DNA from: Octopus vulgaris
Taxonomy: Eukaryota
Assembly (NCBI GenBank): GCA_951406725.2
Contig: OX597830.1
Span: 22,506,001 to 22,570,000, forward strand
Direction: 5' to 3'
DNA length: 64,000 nt
Position numbers and translations under genes: made by a program. The notes beneath the pieces are model-generated. The model worked only from the letters and a program-made list of their open reading frames with translations, was not told where the DNA came from and made no database searches. Shown piece after piece: positions 39,701-47,514 of this stretch. The stretch's first letter is position 1. Each line of letters opens with the position of its first letter.

Positions 39701-42700
39701 CAAAGCACTCCATGCTGCTCCAGTGTGTTTGACTGTATCCGCAGTTGATGATAAAATCTGTCCAACGTGGGATCTTTTTTTCTCAATTGAGATGGCATGG
39801 ATTTTGATGAATCTAGAATAGCTGGTTGAAGTAACTCCTGAAAGTTGGTTCATGCACTGGACACATTTAGTGATAAGGAAAACATGCAGCAGGGTGTATG
39901 TATGTGTGTGTGTGTGTGTGTGTGTGAGAACATGCATGTATGAAATTCTCTACTGATGCTAGTAAACCCACCAGTACTAGGTACCACAGGGTAATCCAAT
40001 GACAAGTTTCTCACAGATTGCTTAGTACTTTAAGAGAACTTACATAACTTTAATATGGACTCTTCCATGACTTTATTATTGATTCTTTCCTCTTGCTTTT
40101 GTTTTTTCTCCAGTTCCTCCATGATATCGACTCAGATCTGTTCCAGGCAACACTCACTGAAGAAGACCTACTCCGCAAGATAAAACATTCCAAGGGTGGT
40201 AAGCAGCTTGGTTTGGTTATTTCTTCAGCTTCTTCTGAAGTCCAAGCATTTGAAATTTGTATGTTACTATTCTGTTGGTCATGTTAGGGTTCGAGCTACC
40301 ATAATTTCTATGTTACTGCTATGTAGCAGTTAAGGTGTTGACCTCATGATCACAAGGTCATGGGTTCCATTCTTGGACTGAGTAGTGCAATGTGCCCTTG
40401 AGCAAAGCACTCCGTGCTGCTCCAGTGTGCTTGACTGCAAAATGAATACCAGCTTAGTGCTGGTGCAGCTTTCTCTACTTCCATCAGTCACATCCTGAAT
40501 GTTCTGCCGAGTTAAGGGTGGGTGGGCAAAGAGGCTGTCTGCTCAGGACTACACAGGCACCTAAAACACTTTGCAAAACCATGACACATGCTCCTGAGTT
40601 GTATTTGCTGGTGACCAATGACAAGAACACAAATTTATTTATCTTCAACATACATGCATGCATAAAATGTCTGTTAGCGTTTCAGAGAATATATTTCTCG
40701 CTATGGCGTTTATGTAGCTGGAGTCAGGATTTACGTATAAGGATAACACTTATAAGTAAGTTATAAGTGACGGGTTTATCAATATATATCCCTACTTAAA
40801 ATGTAAAATATATTTATTATCTAATTCCAAATAGGAAACATATAAAAGTAGCGTTATGCTAACAATAACCAAAAATTGCTATAACTGTATTGGTCATCTG
40901 ATAACTCAAGTTGTCATATTTGTATATTATTGTGATATTGGTTATGTGACGGCTCAAGTTGTTTTAGAGTGTTTGTTACTGTTGTTTTGGTCATTTAATG
41001 ACCCAAGCTATTCACTTTGTGCTAATGCTAAGTTACCTTTTTTGTCATGACACACCTCTGTTAGTCCCCCAATGTTGATTTATTGTCTCTGTTGGTCGAA
41101 TCCCTAATACCTCAATCTTTCTGTATTTATAAAGGTCCTTCTAAAATAGCAAATGGCACAGCTGGCACTGACTTTTCCCAAAGACTTGAAGAAGTTCGAA
41201 AGTTGAAACAAGAACTTGGTAAGTGTCTTAAAATAAAAAAACAAAAGCATCAAAACAAAAATGCACTCACATTGATTACCTGGTAATTTTGATCTCTAGT
41301 AATTCTTTAATTTGCCCCAACAGTCTTTGGGGTGATCAACATCTAAAGTTTAGGGCTGACCAAGTCTTTGTTAGCATTTAGTTAATGGTGTGATTGTAAT
41401 ACCTAATCCAAGAGAAAGGGTCCAGTGAGTCATACAGACAACTGGTATAAGATTTTTGCTGCAGTTTATGAGTTCAAGACTTGTTATAAATTATTATACT
41501 GTACCATAAATAATATTGGGATCGCAATCGATCAAAAATCAATGGAAATCGTAGTTGTGATACCTGTGCCGGTGGCATGTAAAAGAACCATCTGAACGTG
41601 GCCGTTGCCAGCGCCGCCTCGACTCGCCTCCATGCCGGTGGCACGTAAAAAGCACCAACCAATCGTGGCCGTTGCCAGCCTCACCTGGCACGTAAAAAGC
41701 ACCCACTACACTCATGGAGTGGTTGGCGTTAGGAAGGGCATCCAGCTGTAGAAACACTGCCAGATCAGACTGGGCCTGGTGCAGCTTCCTGGCTTCCCAG
41801 ACCCCAGTTGAACTGTCCAACCCATGCTAGCACGGAAAGCGGACGTTAAACAATGATGATGATGTGTTGACATGGCTGTGTGGTTAGGAAGCTTGCTTCT
41901 GGGCCCCTTGATCAACTGTCTTTCATAGCTCTAGGCTAACAAAAGCTTTGTGAATGGATTTGGTTGGCAGAAACTAAAAGACGGTGGCGAGCAGGCAGAA
42001 ACGTTAGCACGCTGGGCGAAATGCTTAGCAGTATTTTGTCTGCTGTTGCGTTCTGAGTTCAAATCCCACCGAGGTCGACTTTGCCTTTCATCCTATCGGG
42101 GTCGATTAAATAAGTTCCAGTTATGCACTGGGGTCAATATAATCGACTTAATCCCTTTGTCTGTCCTTGTTTGTCCCCTCTGTGTTTAGCCCCTTATGGG
42201 CAATAAAGAAATAAGGAACTAAAAGAAGACCATTGTGTATGTGTCTCCTTGTCTTGATATAGCATGTTAATTGTAGATGAGTGTCACTGTCATATAAGCA
42301 GTGTCGTTCATTTTCCAATATATTCTGCAAGAGCATATCTGGCTTTGGAGAAATATTACTTTTTTTGGAAACTTATGAGGGTTGGCAACAGGGAAGGCAT
42401 TCACCTTGGTAAACTCCATCTGACTTATGCAAGCATGGAAAGGTGAATGTTGAAACAATGATGATGATAATTTTTCAACATGTAGGTGCAAGAGTGGCTG
42501 TGTGGTAAGTAGTTTGCTTACCAACCACATGGTTCCGGGTTCAGTCCTACTGCGTGGCACCTTAGGCAAGTGTCTTCTACTCTAGCCTCGGGCCGACCAA
42601 AGCCTTGCGAGTGGATTTGGTAGACAGAAACTGAAAGAAGCCCATCGTATACATGTATGTGTATATATATGTATGTGTGTGATTATGTTTGTGTGTCTGT

Positions 42701-45700
42701 GTTTGTCTCCCCAACGTCACTTGACAACTGATGCTGGTGTGTTTACGTCCCCGTAACTTAACAGTTCGGCAAAAGAGACTGATAGAATAAGTACTAGGCT
42801 TACAAAGAATAAGTCCTGGTGTTGATTTGCTCGACTAAAGGCGGTGCTCCAGCATGGCCGCTGTCAAATGACTGAAACAAGTAGAAGAGTAAGTAGAGTA
42901 CAAACAACTGAGAACGCTTCAGTCTGCTAAGCTGGGCAAAACCTTACCTCTTCCATTTTGTTTGTGGTTGGTGGGTGAAATAGGAAATGATGTAAAGTGT
43001 TGGATGTGAAATTGTTGAAACCCTTCTCAGTTCTCCTTCATAGATGCTGACATGAAAAACGGAGGAGGATGAGAGGGAATCATCAAAAATAAAAATAAAA
43101 ACACAGTCATTTTAGTTCATGTTGTAGAAAATATTTTCATTAAAATATATGTTTCCAGACAGCGAAAATAATTTTTAGTAAAGATGCAATTTGTAATTAT
43201 TTTATTGTTTCAGAAAAACGAAAACAGGTTTCTTCATTGCGAAGAAATCTAGGTTATCCACTTGTCATTCTGATATTGCTAGCCCTGACAGTAAGTAACA
43301 TCTTGACTTTTTGTTGAATTTGATAATAATAATAATAATATTATTGTTGTATTTAGGAATGGTCATTTTGCCAGTTTAGCCAATAAAAACATATGCACTA
43401 TATATTTGGTGTTACTTTGCTTCAGCGTTATTTATTTTTTACATTAATCTTAATCTTATTTTGGCCAGAGTTCTTTCGTCACACTCCTGTGACCGCATCA
43501 GTGATCCTTTGCTTTCTTCTTTCTTATTTGTGTGTCTCTCTTTACTAACCGTCAGCCATTTTGTATTTTGTATTTCTATTGTATGTGTCTACACGGTGAT
43601 TACATTTTAGTTTGTCTCTTTCCTCAGATACGAGAGAGTGAGCTAGCTAGATGGCAATTAGTCCTTGGGATGCCCCATATATTTCATTTAAGGAGTTGGA
43701 AACCTTTGCTTTTTTAAAAGCTAAAACCAACACCGGCAATAACTGCATAAAAAAAAAAAAAAAATAATAAGCAAGGGAGGTAACTCCAATAAGCTTGCCT
43801 AAATATTTTCATAATACAAACATGGCAGTTGGTGTGAATCTGGTTTTCGAAGTCAGCTGATAAAAGCAATGGATATATTGAACTTAATAGACTTTGTCAG
43901 TTAATGATATTCTGTACGTGGCTGTGTGGCTAAGAAGTTCGCTTCCCGACTATGTGGTTTCAAGTTCAATTCCACTGCATGTCATCATGGGCAAATGTCT
44001 TCTGAGTGAAACCTGTGAATCTCTCTCTCCTGTGTATGGTTGATTCCTATGTACTTGTGTGGTCTGTGAATGTTAGTAATTCTGAATCTTCCTTCTGTTG
44101 CAGGCTATCTGTGTCCTAATGGTGTCTCACAATATGTTTCAACTGCTGATTGGTATAAAAGCTTTACCCTTTGGGACCAAAGTAAGTAGCAATCACCTCT
44201 TGTTTAACACTGATTTCTTTCTAATTATAGACAAGTAATATTGTAATGTCCATATTTTTTCCCAGCAGCTATCTAAATGAAGTGAAATATCTTCAACTGT
44301 GAATGGAAAATTAGATTTTTTTACTTTGCTAACCAAGAGTTCAGTTTTCTGCAGTATTTGGCCATTTTTTTTTATTAACCTATTTGTATCATGATTTTTT
44401 TTGTTGGGTGATTGACCTTTGCATTCTAATGCTGGCATGAGCAAGCCTAATGTTTGTGTATTGGACTATAGCTATAACACAGACATAGTATATATTATGC
44501 AACATAAGGTTGTTGTTGATGTTGCTGAGATTCAGTTCAGCTCTGATTTACAGCTATAGAACCAAAGTAGTTCCAGTAATAACTCTCTCGTTTTTTTTCG
44601 CTCTCAGACTAGTCTAACTAGGACTAATTTAGCTAAGGTGCCTTTTTGTTATGAGGAAAATGTAGCTATCATTTCTTATTTCTTTACTGCCCACAAAGGG
44701 CTACACACCGAAGGAACAAATAAGGACTGACAAATGGGTTGTCGATTATATTAACCCCAGTGCTTAACTGGTTCTTATTTAATCGACCCCGAAAGGACGA
44801 AAGGCAAAGTCAATCTCAGTGGAATTTGAACTCAGAACGTAGCGGCAGACGAAATACCACTAAGCATTTCGCCCTGCGTGCTAACGTTTCTGCCAGCTTG
44901 CCACCTTAATGTAGCTATCATTTCTAGCAAGTTGAACAACTGCATAGTCTTCCCTCTTGGCTTGGAGACTACTTAGAGGGCTCCTCCTTGGCTTGAGGGC
45001 CCAGTACTGTTCTCCATCTTGCATCATGCTTAAGTAGATAAATGTAAATGCTGTTGGGTATTTGCATAACATCCAACAGCCATCGGTGTGTGCATTACAT
45101 GCTACAATTCTTGGGTGTGTATTTGCAATCAGTTGTTTTGAATCTATGCATTGTTGGGATATAATCCTGTCTTGTATAGAACTGTTTAAATTCCTAATAT
45201 TACTAGGTTACGCTAACAGAATGTGGCAGCCCAGCATCCTAACCTGTCGTAACTTCTTTGTGGATCCCTACATTTTTGACGGTAGGGAGCATCGCAGTGT
45301 GTTTGTTCTCTTATAAATTCTTTGTTGTTCTTATTTTTACTTTCAGAAACTTGCTCTCGGCATAACCTCCTTGTCTGCTCTTGGACCTGTTGGGGCTGTT
45401 TTGGAAATCATCCTTATCCTGTATCCTTTAAAAATATGATCTGGTGTTCAGTTTGTGTGTGTGTGAACTGGTGGTCTTAGTAGTCCTTTTCTGTGTCCAC
45501 ATCACTTGTTTGACTATATTGCAGTGTGTATTGTATGTATTTATTTGTTTACATTCGTATGTGTGTGTTTTGTGTTTGAGTGTGTGTGTGTGTGTAGATA
45601 GGAATATCAGAAATTAAATCCAACAGTTTTTTTTACATATAAAGGTGCAGACATGGCTGTGTGGTATGAAGTTTGCTTCCTGACCACATGGTTCTGGGTT

Positions 45701-47483
45701 CAGTCCTACTGTGTGGCAAGTGTCTTCTATAGCCTGAGACTGATCAAAGCTTTGTGAGTGGATTTGGATGATGGAGACTAAAAGAAGCTTATTGTGTGTG
45801 TGTTTATGTATGTGTATGTCCATGTTCTGCAGTCTACTCAGATATGAGTACTAACAAAATGCTGGTGCCCACCCCTCTCCAGCTGTTGTGTCCTCATTGT
45901 TCTGCTAGATGAAGACTAGGAAAGCTAGCGAAACAGGTGTTGGTGGTCTATATCAGCTTGCAACTACATAGGCAACTTAATACTGTCAACAAAAATATGG
46001 TGCAAGCTATCAGATTATACTTGATTGTGATTGACGGCTAAACTTTCTTTATCTTTTTCTGGTCTAACTTGATCCATTTGTGTTTTAACACAGTTATAAC
46101 TACTGGGTTGTGTGGCTATGGTTGTCTAACATAGTGGTAAATATTGGGATGTGTGGTTGTGTTAAGTGAAGACGAATTCCATCACAGGCTGATGGAAACC
46201 TGCTACTGATAGCTGTGTAAGTCAGTGCTGCATGATCGTAATTGAGTGGTTGGTGACTAAATTAATCTTCTAAGCTTGCTCTGTGGAAAGCGGGGTGTGA
46301 GAACCCAGCAGGATTCAAAAGCAAAACCTGTCAAATGTGGATGAGCTTCTTATGACCCAACAGTACCCACATCCCGAGGAGTAAATGAGTACCACTAGAA
46401 TTAGCTAGCCCAGTGAAACATGTGAATGTAAGTTAGATCAAAAATCACTCATGCTGGTGCCACACAAGAATCACCTGTATTGGTGCCATGCAAGAAGCCC
46501 TTGTGTTGGTGCCATATGCAAGAAGCACTTTTAAATGTATTTTTGTGTGTAAAAGTTAGGCTGTGTGGTAAGTAGCTTGCTAACCAACCACATGGTTCCG
46601 GGTTCAGTCCCACTGCGTGGCATCTTGGGCAAGTGTCTTCTGCTATAGCCCCGGGCCGACCAATGCCTTGAGTGGATTTGGTAGACGGAAACTGAAAGAA
46701 GCCTGTCGTATATATGTATATATATTTATATATAAGTATGTGTGTATATGTTTGTGTGTCTGTGTTTGTCCCCCCTAGCATTGCTTGACAACCGATGCTG
46801 GTGTGTTTACGTCCCCGTCACTTAGCGGTTCGGCAAAAGAGACCAATAGAATAAGTACTGGGCTTACAAAGAATAAGTCCCGGGGTCGATTTGCTCGACT
46901 AAAGGCGGTGCTCCAGCATGGCTGCAGTCAAATGACTGAAACAAGTAAAAGAGTAAAGAGAGTACATAATATGTTGCTGTCTGAGTGTGTTACATGCTGC
47001 TGTTGCTTGAGGGTGTGTTACATGAAACTGTTGCCTGAGGGTGCGTTACATGTAACTGCTGCTTGTTGTCTGAAGTATGTCACATCTTTTGAATATATAA
47101 TTGGTGTAACATCTGTTGGAGTTATATTAAATGTAATGGCTACCGGATACTCTATAACCTGTAGTCTGATGCCTTCTCAACTACTTTGGTACTCTTTTTA
47201 TTGGCCTGAAACTACTCCCACCTGCGTATGTATGTTGCAAATAAGTATTGTCTGAGGTATATTACATGTAATCGCCATCTGAGTATGTTTCTTGTAACTG
47301 TGAATGAATAAATACATATAGCCACTACACATTCTTTATTTTCTTTCTGTGGAAGAGCATAGGCTCGAAACATTAAAGACTTTTTCACTTTCCGAGCGTT
47401 ATATTAATACCTCTGTTTGTTGTCTACACCACCTGTCTTTCGTTTTTTTTTTGTGAATTCTCCCTATATATACACACACACAC

Positions 47484-47514
<31 letters not shown>

